Positions 46,681 to 61,654 of a stretch of 64,000 bases of DNA are shown here, piece by piece. This DNA comes from the human T2T-CHM13v2.0 reference genome, Homo sapiens. The notes beneath the pieces are model-generated. The model was not told the origin of the DNA. It searched no databases and was given only the letters and a program-made list of their open reading frames with translations. Position numbers and translations under genes: made by a program. The stretch's first letter is position 1. Each line of letters opens with the position of its first letter. The stretch is from the NCBI RefSeq assembly GCF_009914755.1, contig NC_060930.1, one strand, 5' to 3'.

Positions 46681-47119
46681 CGACCTCACAACTTTGCCTA
46701 GGATAGAATTCTCTTCCACTAGTTACCTGCATAGAATCTGCAGCTAATGCTGCTCCATAGGTTGTGCAGTGAACATTAAAAATGTGAACTTTGTCAAAGA
46801 CTGGTGACCTCCTGGCTGGACCAACCATTACTTATCTCATGTAGTCCTAAGCAGCTACAGCCTCTGCCTGTCAGCCAAAGGCAGTAGCAGCCAAAGCTGT
46901 AAGGGTCCAGAGCTACATTTGTACTGCCATTACCCCCAAAAGCCACATGACAGCACAAAGGCTATCATTATGTAACAATTTAATGCAGAAATTAGAGGTC
47001 TCAGAGGGCCCAGACTAGAAGCACTAGAACCACCAGTGATGTGACAGACACAACCTGAGGACTTTCTACCCACAGACTCATCTACCTAGGCACAGCTCTT
47101 ATAATAAAAGTCTATATCC

Positions 47120-47360
47120 ATATCTTTCATTATATTCAACTATAAAACATCTACATCAGGTTGGTGTAGGGTCCACTCATCCAGTCTGGGACCACACACC
47201 ACCTCTGGGTGTATAGCTCTGGCAGTACAGGAAATGAAACATCCAAGGCACTTACTATGTACAAGGCATGTGCCAGCTGCTTCGAGAAAGGAAGAGGGAA
47301 GAAACAAAAGACAAATAAGACAAGGGGCTCTGCTCTCAAGGAGTTTGCAGTCTAGAGGGT
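47120..47360 (-). mobile_element. L2 3' end, interrupted by the 94 bp copy
   Basis: ttcattatattcaac | caaggcacttactatgt...ctgctctcaaggagtttgcagtctag. Confidence 0.7.
47151..47244 (+). repeat. 94 bp direct repeat, copy 2 (inserted)
   Basis: 93/94 identical to 46587-46680. Confidence 0.97.
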
Positions 47361-48040
47361 ATGATAAGCCATTTGTACAGATTCTTCACGGACATTGAAC
47401 TGGTCACTGTCTTTATTCAGAGCAATAAGTTTTGACCACACGGCTGGAGGCTCTACCTCCAATCGTGATATCTTCTGCTTTGTACTCTAGTTATTGGGGG
47501 CTGGCCCTTTGCCATCTTAGACATAGTATATACTCACTAAATGTTTGTTGTACTACTTAATTATATTTATATTAATTGGATATAAAGTTACTAGGCTTTA
47601 GTTAGCATAGGGGATTCATAGACTGCCAATACTACTTAGTCGTAAATGATTTCTGAGGAAATGACTGGCTAAAGCTAGTGACACACTGTGTTCAATAATA
47701 TTAGGTTTCTATACTTTTATTTTTCTTCCTGAGGCAACTGACTTTATTATCCCCATACTTATGCTGGGGACTCTTGTTCCAGGGTTTACCATCCTGGAGA
47801 GGATGAACTTGAGGGCTTCTCTGTTAAAATTCAGAATAGAGAAATATTTTTACTTCCATATCTGGTTCTCTGGCATCCCTTACATGAATATATTTTACCC
47901 CAGAACTGTTTACTTGGGAAATCTTTTGGTTTTTGGCATTCATTTACTGACCCACTAAAATTTGGAAAATATATTTAGGATATTTAACAGAAGCATTCTA
48001 GTTTCCTTTGAATTTATTATTTTCTTTTAAAAAGTTTTAA

Positions 48041-48380
<340 letters not shown>

Positions 48381-48478
48381 GTGTTTTCTTAAATAAGGGA
48401 TTCATGCATGCTTTCTTAGAACAGTTTTTGATCCATTTATTCAATTTAAGTTTTTGTGTATAGAAATACATAAAAGCA

Positions 48479-48612
48479 GGCCGGGCATGGTGACTCATGC
48501 CTGTAATCCCAAAATTTTGGTAGGCCAAGGCGGTGGATCACTTGAGGCCAGGAGTTTGAGACTAGCCTGGTCAACATGGTGAAACCCTGTCTCTACTAAA
48601 AATACAAAAATT
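48479..48612 (+). mobile_element. Alu left arm ending in (AT)n
   Basis: half Alu. Confidence 0.9.
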
Positions 48613-49561
48613 ATATATATATATCAGGATGCTGAGAGAGGAGATCCAATGGCAGTGTGAAAGTAACTAGATTTCAGATCGCTTACATGCTTCCAGCAAT
48701 TTGCCTGCTTCAATTACCAGGTAGTTTTCTTTTCTCTTTCCTTTTCTTTTCTCCCCTAACCCCCTTCTTTATTAATCTTAATGCAATATTTGACTTAAAT
48801 ATCTGCGTCCTGGATAGGCCTGGCCATGAGTGTTAATGACATGCACCTCCTTTTCCCTAATCCTCTTACTGAATTCTTTCTAGGGATGTTAGTGATAGGC
48901 TCAGATAGGAGTACTGAACAGACATAGGTTATAACCACTTAAAAGCCTTATATCCATTCACCTGAGCAGTTTGTCTCCAAAGAGCACACTCTTGGCTACA
49001 ACACTTGATAGTGCTTTACAAAACTACTTATTTATACTCAACAGGTATCTATCAAAACAGTGCAAAAAGCAAATAAGAGATTTCCAAGGGAAAAGCTGCA
49101 GCTCAGAGACAAAGTAATTTACAACACTTTTACAAATTTCAATTTTATTTCGGCTTTTAAAAAGATTGGTGAGGTTATTTCAATACATCAAAATACAAAA
49201 ACAAAGATGTAGGCTACCACTCAAAAAATTCAGTCTACATACAAATAACAGAGACTGGTCAATTTTTAAGGGAAAATATCCTTTAATGATTCTTAGTATG
49301 ATCTGGCCTGAAGGACCCAAGATCCTCAGAACTCCAATAGCTGATGTACTATTAGACATCGCACACACCAGGGACACCTAACTGTACTTCACAGTTCAGA
49401 GTTCACATAGCTATGGTGGTATTTCCATCAATTTCCAGGAAAAGAGATAATTAATGTGATCACTTCACAAAATTAAATGTATCCAAGTTTTAAATTCTGA
49501 GATTATGTCCTTTCTCCTATTCTGGTGTTAAGCTGACCTCTATTTTATAATAAAATATTAA

Positions 49562-49897
<336 letters not shown>

Positions 49898-51789
49898 TGA
49901 TTACTCGGCATATTTAAAAGAGGCTGGGAACTCTCTGTTTATCCAAATTTTTATTTCTACTGTTTTTTAAAAATCCTTAAGTCTGAGAACCAATGAGCAA
50001 GGGCAGCTAACAGTCACTCTTGGAGGGAAAAAAACCAAAACTAGTTAAATAATAATCTAGCTAGAGAGCTTAAAAAAAATGTCCCTAGGATTACAGTAGA
50101 CCAGCAATTTTTGAACACTATTTCCAATGCATAATTCATCATAAAAATGTAGACTAGGCTGTAATCCTAGAAAGAAGAATACTATTCCATCAAAGCCAAC
50201 AATACTTCAAGGCTTCAAAAAACTTAAAGCGATATTACCATGCTAATGTTACCTATTTGTACTGTAACTCTTTGTAAGTCTAGATTCAAAAGGAGATGCT
50301 TAAAAGTGGATAAGGCTGCTCAAATTTAACACCGTTATCTTGATAAACCTTCCCCACTACTATCCTCCTTCCTCTTTATTCAAAACATTATCCTTGAAAC
50401 AAGTAATTTTAAGGATCTTTCTCAATGTCATAATGTAACCATTCCCTGTTACAATTTGCATAGTGAATACTAAACTTTAATTAACTGTATGAATAGAAGT
50501 AGAGAGCAAAAAGGCAAAACAAAACCAAAAACAGTATTTCATTTAAAAACCTTACAAAGGTCCAATTACAACTGCAAGCTCAGCTATAAATCTTTACACA
50601 TTCTCTCTTTAGCTGGGAAAATAGGTGGGCGCCAAAGGCATCAATTCTGAGGACTTGTTTTATTAAACCCTAGAACAGAATGTAAGTATGTTTAAAGGCT
50701 TGTTAATCTGTTCAACAAACTACATGTGGATTTATTGAATGTGGCCCTTCCAAAATCCGGGACAGATCTTTTCAACATTCGCAACAGATGCCTATGCAGT
50801 TCGTCGTTTTGCGCTTTCTGGTTTTCCTGAGGCTCCAGCTTGAGATACAGAAATATTTATGGTCATTTGTGGTGGGTGTGCAGTCTAGGGAGTGTCTCCC
50901 CAAGACAATACAAAGGGCCAACAGTAAAGAGCAAAGCTTCCCTTTCTTCAAAGGCTTCCTTCCTGTTCCTTGTCTTTGAGAGAGAGTGAGAAAAAAAAAA
51001 AAAAAAAAACAAGGCTCCAAACTTTTTCCCCTAAGGGAACTACAAACAGAGGTTTCCCTCAAGCCTCTTCTAACAGCAGCCAGTTCATCAAGCCCACAGA
51101 CCAGACCCTGAAGAGCCCCATGGAATCAATAACCACTTTGCTTTTGAAAGAAAGGGGAAGAGGGCATAAACCAGAGACACAGACACACTAACCTGAGTTC
51201 ATCCCACAGTGGAAGATAGGAAATATTGGAGATGAACTGGAGTTTGGTAGGGTTGCAGCAGAATCCTCAGAAACAAAACACGATGCCCAAGGAAGTTCTA
51301 AACCAACAATAAATGTCATTTCTCCACTCCCACACATATATACACTTGTTGCATAAAACAGCTGTATACCTTTAAGAACAGCTTAAAAATCACTGGATCC
51401 CACAAAGAACACAACTATATAAGATGACTACTAATTAAAAGATTCAAATCAGATGATTTTGTTATAATGTTCTGCAGACACAGGCAAAGGAGGTATGTAG
51501 AATGTCTGTAAGGAATCCAGGATTCTCAGCTAGCTGATAACGACTTCATGCTGCTGCTTTATTTCATTTGACACCTTCCATTCTCGTATCAGCTACTGCG
51601 TGCAAACCAAACCTCCCAAGAATGGTGACCCTGTCCTCTTCAGTTCACCTAACACCCTGGCCAAGAAGTAAATTAAAATGCAATGTATTTCAGCTCCTAT
51701 AAATGTTACCTACTTACTCTATTTAACTCAACTCTCAAAGTACCGTTGGGATAAATCTGAACATTACAACTTAAAGAAAAAAAAAACCC

Positions 51790-51940
51790 TTACAGACTAT
51801 CTAGTCCAGCCCTCAATTTTACAGATGAAGAAACCTAGCTGCAAAAGGATCAACAGCTATCTCAAAGAAGCAGACCAAGTCAGTGGCAGAACCAGATGGC
51901 ACCCAGACGTCTCACAGTTCACTGTGCCATGCTGCTGCTC
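51790..51940 (-). mobile_element. MIR
   Basis: ctagtccagccctcaattttacagatgaagaaac. Confidence 0.7.
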
Positions 51941-52167
51941 CATAGCCCAGATCGGAGCCTCTGCATGGATGTGGTCCCCATGGCTTTGCTAGAATTGTCA
52001 CATCATTACAGGACTGGAAACAGGGAACTGGAGCCCACAACTCTCAAACCAGAAAGCTTAGAAAGAACCTGTGCCTTCTAACAAGTTGGTATCAGGTGAA
52101 GGATAGGCAAGTACTTTGCATTTAGATAAGTTAGGTAATTCTTTCCCCTCTACTGTAATTCAAGTAA

Positions 52168-52531
<364 letters not shown>

Positions 52532-52556
52532 GGGAACCTCGTTTACTATACTAGAC

Positions 52557-52945
52557 CAACGGTTTTCAACCTTGGCCACACATGAGAATCAACAGCCAAC
52601 CATGTGCGTTAAGTCTTGGGCATTCAACCTGGTCAAACCTTTGGATGGCTATACCCCCAGACACTGTGGAGCAAAGACACGTCATATGTACTTTGCCCTG
52701 TTCAGATTCCTAACCTACAGAATTCATGGGTATTAGTAAAATGGAGTTTTTTTTAGACCACTAAGTTTTAGAGTAGTTAAGCAACAATAGTAACTGGGAC
52801 ACCTGGGAAGCTTTTTTAAAAAAATCCTAGTGTCCAAGGTGCACTACAGCCCAATTAAGTGAGAATCTCTGGGTCTGGGACCCAACCATCTATTTTTAAA
52901 GCATCCCAGGAAATTCTGTGGTGCAGCTAAGGTTGAGAACCAAAG
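52557..52945. mobile_element. MER5B split by an MLT1-type LTR 3' fragment (about 52592-52801)
   Basis: ggttttcaaccttggccacacatgagaatca | cctgggaagc...ggttgagaacca; insert ends ccactaagttttagagtagtt...taactgggaca. Confidence 0.75.
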
Positions 52946-52959
52946 TCCACATCCATGTT

Positions 52960-53134
52960 GCTTAATGCACTGGCCACATATAGCTGTTTAAATCAATGAA
53001 AATAAAAGTTAAATTCCTTGATCATAACCACATGTCAAGTATTCAATGATCACATAGGGCTACTGGCTACCACATTGGACAGTGAAGATATAGCATATTT
53101 CCATCATCTCAGGAAGTTCTATTGGACAGTGCTG
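52960..53134 (+). mobile_element. MER3-like hAT MITE
   Basis: ggctactggctaccacattggacag...gaagttctattggacagtgctg. Confidence 0.8.
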
Positions 53135-53460
53135 GTCTAGACTAGTTCTCAAAGCTTGGTCCCAAGCTACCAGCATCAGCCATCACCTGGGAACTTGTTA
53201 GAAATGCACATTCCCAGCTGGGCGCAGTGGTTCACACCTGTAATCCCAGAACTTTGAGAGAAAGAGGAGGGCAGATCATTTGAGGTCAGCAGTTTAAGGC
53301 CAGCCTGGCCAACATAGTGAAACCCTATCTCTACTAAAAATAAAAAAATAAAAAAAAACTAGCAGGCGGGGTGGCAAGTTTCTGTAATCCCAGCTACTCG
53401 GAAGGCTCAGGCAGGAGAATTGTTTGAATCTGGGAGGTGAAGGTTGCAATGAGCTGAGAC

Positions 53461-54907
53461 TGTGTTCCGAATTAGTAGGTTCTTGGTCTCACTAACTTCA
53501 AGAATGAAGCTGCGGACCCTCGCAATGAATATTACAAATCTTAAGTTGGCGCGTCTGGAGTTTTTTCCTTTTGGTGGGTTCGTGATCTCGCTAGCTTACA
53601 AAAGTGAAGCTACAGACCTTCAGCGGTGAGCATTACAGCTTATAAAGACAATGTAGACCCAAAAAGGGAGCAGCAACATAATTCATTGCAAAGACCAAAA
53701 GAAAAAAAAGCTTCCAGTACAGAACAAAACGCGAACAAGTTACTGCCGCTAGTTCGGGCAGCCTGCTTTTACTCTCTTATCTGGCCCCACCCGCATCCTG
53801 CTGATTGGTAGAGCCCAGAGGTCTGTTTTGACAGGGCGCTGATTGGTGCGTTTACAATCCCTGAGCTAGACACAAAGGTTCTCCACGTCCTCATTAGATT
53901 AGCTAGATACAGAGTCCACACAAACGTTCTCCAAGGCCCCACCAGAGTAGCTAGATACAGAGTGTCAATTGGTGCATTCACGAACCCTGAGCTAGACATA
54001 GGGTGCTAATTGGTGTTTACAAACCTTGGGCTAGATACAGAGTGCCGATTGGTGTATTTACAATCCTTGAGCTAGACATAAAGGTTCTCCAAGGCCCCAC
54101 CAGAGTAGCTAGATACAGAGTGTCGATTGGTGCATTCACAAACCCTGAGCTAGACACAGGGTGCTGATTGGTATGTTTACAAACCTTGAGCTAGATACAG
54201 AATGCCGATTGGTGTATTTACAGTCCCTGAGCTAGACATAAAGCTTCTCCACATCCTCACTAGACTCAGGAGCCCAGCTGGCTTCACCCAGTGGATCCCG
54301 CACCGGGGCTGCAGGTGGAGCTACCTGCCACTCTCACGCCGGCACTCCTCAGCCCTTGGGTGGTCGATGGGACTGGGCGCGGTGGAGAAGGGGCCGGCGC
54401 TCGTCAGGGAGGCTCGGGCTGCACAGGAGCCCACGGAGCGGGTGGGAGGCTCAGGCATGGCGGGCTGCAGGTCGCGAGCCCTGCCCCGCTGTAAGGCAGC
54501 TAAGGCCCGGCGAGAAATCGAGCGCAGCGCCGGTGGGCCGGCACTGCTGGGGGACCCAGTACACCCTCCGCAGCCGCTGGCCCGGGTGCTAAGCCCTTCA
54601 TTGCCCGGGGCCGGCAAGGCCGGCTGGCTGCTCCGAATGCGGGGCCCGCCAAGCCCACGCCCACCCAGAACTCCAGCTGGCCCGCAAGCGCGGCGCGCAG
54701 CCCCGGTTCCCGCTCGCGCCTCTCCCTCCACACCTCCCTGCAAGCTGAGGGAGCCGGCTCTGGCCTCGGCTAGCCCAGAAAGGGGATCCCACAGTGCAGC
54801 GGTGGGCTGAAGGGCTTCTCAAGTGCCGCCAAAGTGGGAGCTCAGGCAGAGGAGGCGCCGAGAGCGAGCGAGGGCTCTGAGGACTGCCAGCACGCTGTCA
54901 CCTCTCA
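53461..54907 (-). mobile_element. LTR12C (ERV9) solo LTR
   Basis: minus strand begins TGAGAGGTGACAGCGTGCTGGCAGTCCTCAGAGCCC and ends ...ACACA; ERV9 U3 tandem repeats; degenerate 4 bp TSD agac/aaat (ancestral AGAT). Confidence 0.95.
53760..54250 (-). promoter_or_regulatory. ERV9 U3 enhancer/promoter: 8 CCAAT (NF-Y) boxes with GATA cores, followed by a TATA-like element
   Basis: ATTGG occurs 8 times between about 53803 and 54212; TATA-like box reads AGTAAAA (consensus AATAAAA) near 53767-53773; activity not shown by sequence alone. Confidence 0.7.
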
Positions 54908-54977
54908 AAATCACGCCACCGCACTCTATCCTGGGCAACAGAGCAAGACTCCATCTCAAAAAAAAAAAAAAAAAAGA

Positions 54978-55316
<339 letters not shown>

Positions 55317-55845
55317 CTAGACCTACCAAATCAGAACATGTCAGGGTGGGGCCCTCCAGGTGATTCTGATGCACATTCAAGTTTGAATACCACCCATCTT
55401 GTTACTACTGCCCATACAAAATCATTTTTACCATGTCGTCTCTCATACTTAAATATGGAAATTATCAACTTTTATCTTCACTATAATGTAAGAGAATAGT
55501 TCACGTTGTCATACAATTGCAAAGATGTATTTTTGTGCTGGCAATCATGAGAAGAAATGCCTTTCAACTAGTAAGCCAAGGGCACTAAAATGTTTCATGA
55601 AGATGCTCTTATTTGTAATCTCTAAGAGAAACAACTGTAAGGCCCAAAAATATAGAAATGATTAAAAATTCAAGAGACTATTCAATTTTTAAAATTATAA
55701 ATGTGAAAACTATGACTATGACTATTTGTAGCATAACGAAATGTAAGTGGGAGAAAAGCAAAACACAATTGCAACAGCAAATATTTGTATTACATGGGCA
55801 AGGACAAAATAAAGGTAGAGGAAAAATAAGAATAACTGATTTGTT

Positions 55846-56004
55846 TTTATTTGTTTTTAATTTTTTTAAATTATACTTTAAGTTCTAGGATACATGTGCA
55901 CAACGTGCAGATTTGTTACATATTGTATACATGTGCCATGTTGGTGTGCTGCACCCATTAACTCGTCATTTACATTAGGTATATTTCCTAATGCTTTCCC
56001 TCCC
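55846..56004 (-). mobile_element. L1PA 3' end (about 160 bp, 5'-truncated)
   Basis: ttatactttaagttctagg...; perfect 17 bp TSD agaataactgatttgtt. Confidence 0.95.
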
Positions 56005-57120
56005 AGAATAACTGATTTGTTAAGCTTGGTAGGACAATGATTCTTTTTTGTTTCTGTCACGTTTCTTACAAAGTTACCTGTGCAAAAACATTTTAGAGTG
56101 TCTAACAATGCAACTTTTAAAAAAGATACGATTGCGCTTTGACATGAAAAGTACACTGCAAGCATAATTTGATAAAATAGTCCTACTTGATCAATGACTC
56201 ACCGAATTGTTAATCTCACAGTAACATGAAATTAACACTGGATTGAATCAAATGAGGGGGCTTGGACTGGTGAAATATCAGGTCTTTCTAGTCCTGTGAG
56301 TCTAGGAGGATTCTCCTCTCTACTTTTCCTTTTTAATCTTAGGTCTACAATCGAATACAAGAATTATACATTTTTCACAAATAAAATTTTACAAAGAGAT
56401 GTGAAAACTTTATTTTGTTTTTATTTAGTTTTCACCTAGTTGTTGAGTGGTAAAACACCAAATAAACTAATTTCCAAGGAGGAATTTCTTCTTAACATTT
56501 GCATGTCTAAATATCCAGAAATATTTTGTAGAGTGGTCTTTTTTGAAAAGATAACTCCTGGATCTCACATAAATCAACTCTTGTTTTAATACCTGTTTTC
56601 ATCTAAATTTTAGCATTTCCATTACATCCTTTGTTGATAGCTCTGACATTAATAAACTGAATTTCTTATATGCCAAGGTACAAAGTAATCTCACCAAGTG
56701 TTTCGGAATGTCTTGTTTATTTCTCTGCTATTCTGTTTCCTTTGCAGGTAATATTCAGAAAATTTCTTTAAATTTTAAACATATAAACATCTTCTCTGCT
56801 CTTCTTCCAGGGAAGATTTGAGAAAGGGTAACTTTAGTTGGATTAGTCCAATAAACTGATATCTGCAGAATGTTTACTATTTGAGGGAAACTTGTTCCTG
56901 TAAATTTTCTTAAAAATATGAGTATATGGCATGTGCAATTTTATTGAAAATGGAAGACAATTCAAGTTTTCCACTATTTCTAGCTGGATTTCACCACCGG
57001 AAGCTGAGTTAAGTAGAGGGATGATAAACTAGCTATTTTGGTACTATTCTGAAAATATGTGAGACAAAAGATATAATAATATGGCATACACCTTTTTAAA
57101 TGTTACACCAAATAACTTTA

Positions 57121-57542
<422 letters not shown>

Positions 57543-57789
57543 TCATCGATGTTCTTAAGAAAAAGAAAATTATTGCTTTTATTGTTGGAAGTTCAATAGA
57601 AAAGGGATTTGACAAAAGCTTTTAATAATAATAGTAACTGCAAAGAGAATTTACAAAATGCTTTTGGTGTGTGGGGCATTCTTGAATCTAAGCACTGAGA
57701 ACACAAAGATAAATCATGTATAGTCCTTGCCCTGGAGAAACCTCAGAGTTTAGGTGAGATACAGTTATATCTGAGAAATGTCCTTAACA

Positions 57790-59250
57790 TAAAATATACC
57801 AAAACAAACAAACAAAACAATGTGCTTTAGGGAGAAAACAAAAAGCAGACTATATGGAGAAAATTATCATTAATGTCCTCAGAGAAGATACCACAACCAA
57901 GAAACAAGAATAAGATGGTTTGAAAAAAAAAAAAGAGAGACTAAAAAAAGAGTTCTTGAAAATTAAAAATGTGATAGCAGAAACAAAAAATTAAACATAA
58001 GGATTAAACATAAGGCTTGTAAGATGTAGTGGAGGAAATCTGTCAAAAGGTAGGACAAAAAGACAAGAAGTGAAAAGTAAAAAGAAAAAATAAAACCATC
58101 AGAAGACCAGTTCAGGAAACCCCATGTCCTAAGAGGTGTTCCAGAAAAAAACAGAGAACAAAGAGAAAGGTCTTATTAATGAACTAATTCAATAATTTTT
58201 TTTTCAGAACTGAAAGACAGGAGTTTCCAGGTCAAAAAGGCCCACTGTTGTGATTTAACAAAAATAGGGAAAAAACTTCTAACAGATTCCAGAGGGGAAT
58301 AAACTAGGTCACGTCCAAAGGATTAGAAACCCAAATAACTTCTCAACAGAAGCACTGAAAGATAAAAGACAGTGGAATAATGTCTTTAAAGTAGAATATG
58401 ATACACAGCCACACTATCAATAAGGTGAGTAGGTAGAATTAAGATACTTTTCATAGTTTCAAAAAACTTCACCTTCCAATCATGCTTTCTTAGGAAACTA
58501 CTGAAGGATGTGCTCTACAAAATGGAGGCAGGAAACCAAGAAGAAGGGAAGGAAAATAGAAAAATAGGAGATTCCACACAGAAGACAGGTCAAGGGAATC
58601 CCCTGAATGATGGTGTGGGAAACCCCTGGGAGGCAACCGCTCCAAGCCAAGAGGGCTACCAGATCACAACAGAACACGTAAGAAGGGCCAAGGAGAAATG
58701 TCTCTAAGAAGAGGAACTCTAGAGAGCACCTGATATGTTTGAAAGTCTTGAAAAAAGATTTAGGGAAGTGGCAGAGAGTTTGGATGCTAAAGTAATTAAG
58801 TACACAGAAAAAAAAGCAAAATAAAGAAAAATGAGGGAAAAAAGCAACAATCATTAACGCCAGGCAAAACAAAAAGTTTTGTATGACAAGAATTCATTGA
58901 ACAATTCATAGCTCAATGTCAACAATGTTCGGTAGAGTCATATAAATAATGTCAACACTAAATATTGATCCAACCAAAATTACTATATTGGGAAAATAGG
59001 GAGCAGGTGGGAAGAATTTGGGGGTGAGGTGAGAATAAAGCAGAGAAAGAGAACAAAGAGAGCAAATAAAAACCAAGCATTACCAGCATGTTATTCAGAA
59101 ATACGGTGGGAAATTCCAAAAGAATGAATTAAAACCACTAAAAGTGGTTGCCTCTGGGGAAAGAAATGAAGAGGGGGACTTTTTTTTTTTTTTTAAACAC
59201 AGCCTTTATAAATTATATGACCACTTCACAATTTAAACTGTGTATACAGG
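57790..59250 (+). mobile_element. HAL1 (half-L1) ORF1-like remnant
   Basis: ttcttgaaaattaaaaatgtgatagc, cagaactgaaagacaggagtttccag, aggaaactactgaaggatgtgctc. Confidence 0.78.
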
Positions 59251-59563
59251 TTAAGAAAAAAACAAAAACCCAGAGCCCAAGCTCTTACTAACTAAACCTA
59301 TGTTTTTCAAAATATAAGTTTATGACTCATTAGTGGGTTGAGAAATAATTCGGTAAGACATAGCCATTATTTTTTTAATGAATTCTAACAGAAGGGGATA
59401 GAAAATAAAAGACATTGCATACAGTTAAGAGTATTTTTTCATAACCTTTGAAATATACATATCCACATAAACAGGTTCATAATGTAAAATGTATTTTTAA
59501 CTGTTGACTGTCAACAAAATAATATAACCACTCTAAACTACAATGCATTATAATTACTTTTAG

Positions 59564-59884
59564 TTTTGTTTTTCTTTTTTCTTTTTTTTTTTTTTTTTGA
59601 GACAGAGTCTCGCTCTGTCGCCAGGCTGGAGTGCAGTGACATGATCTCGGCTCACTGCCACCTACGCCTCCCGGGTTCAAGCATTCCCCTGCCTCAGCCT
59701 CCCGAGTAGCTGGGACTATAGTCACACACCACCACGCCAGGCTAATTTTTTGTATTTTAGTAGATATGGGGTTTCACAATGTTGGCCAGGATGATATCGA
59801 TCTCCTGACCTCGTGATCTGCCTGCCTCAGGCTCCCAAAGTGCTGGGATTACAGGTGTGAGTCACTGAGTCACTGTGTCCGGCC
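59564..59884 (-). mobile_element. AluS (Sc-like)
   Basis: full dimer. Confidence 0.94.
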
Positions 59885-60147
59885 TTATTCTTTGCTTTCT
59901 TACAATTAACTCTGTAATATGGGCAGAGAGAAGAATAACAACACAGAAAAGAGAATTCAAAGTCCCACAGGTGATTTTATAATGTGGAGTATTACTGCTT
60001 CTTAGGTGACTTATCTTTCTAATTATGTATGACTTTCACTAATATTTAAATTTCTGGTCTACAGAGACACAGGAGCCAAGGAACCATCCTAGAAGCCTTC
60101 AGAATGGCGGAGGAAGCCAGCTTAGAAATAAAAACTTGCAATATTTA

Positions 60148-60605
<458 letters not shown>

Positions 60606-61044
60606 GTGAATAAACTAAAAAATACATACAAAGTTTAGTAAGAGGAAGCTTTCTTCAACTGACCCTCCCTCACACGATTTGCAAGGTGTATTGTTCATCC
60701 TGCCATATGGAAAAAATGAACAGGAAGCTAAAAACTTTCATGCTCTTCTACCGAGAGCCCATATTTAGCCCAACATTTTATTTTTACACAGTAGGTTAGA
60801 TATGCACTTTATTTTGGAGTCTTACCTTACAATTCACTTACATAAAATAATTAAGAACAAAAACTTCTGTAGAAAGCAAGTTCCACTATATTCTTTTCAC
60901 AGCACAGCATCACTTCCTAAAAGTCACGGGGATCAGACCCGTAAGCCAACCACCTATATTTTAAAAACCACCACTACCATTCACACTGAATGTAAAAAAG
61001 AATGAGTAAGTCTTAATATGCTGATATTGAAAGATACCAAAGGG

Positions 61045-61367
<323 letters not shown>

Positions 61368-61654
61368 TTAAAAAATATATAAATACTTATTTGTGTATAT
61401 AGTTGTATTAAAAATGCACATATATATCTGGAAAAAAAGGCATGAGAACTAAATGACAGTGGCTACCCATTTTCCGAGAGGTGAAGAGATGGGCAAAGTA
61501 GGGATGACAGCAGGGGTGAAGAGGAAGACATTTCACTGTGTATGTCACCCTTTTTAGCAAGTTAGGGATTCTCATTCCATTGCTCCCTTCACCCCACTCC
61601 ATCCCTTCACCCACACCCACCCCACCCCCAAAACTGTCTTGCTGCTGCTGCTGC

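Larger units (their letters stand above)
53216..54975 (+). mobile_element. AluS split by LTR12C (53216-53460 plus 54908-54975)
   Basis: gagctgagac | LTR | aaatcacgccaccgcactc rejoins the Alu consensus. Confidence 0.92.

Noticed and set aside
53461-53755. APOBEC3 editing during reverse transcription as the cause of the G>A cluster
   Set aside because: Polarity is C>T on the LTR sense strand, contexts are not restricted to GG/GA, and the bias seems to extend into flanking DNA.
53790-54250. CRISPR-like or novel repeat array
   Set aside because: These are the known ERV9 U3 tandem enhancer repeats in a eukaryotic context.
54202-54810. 202 aa ORF and overlapping ORFs on both strands
   Set aside because: Entirely within the GC-rich LTR12C U3, where stops are scarce; not a gene.
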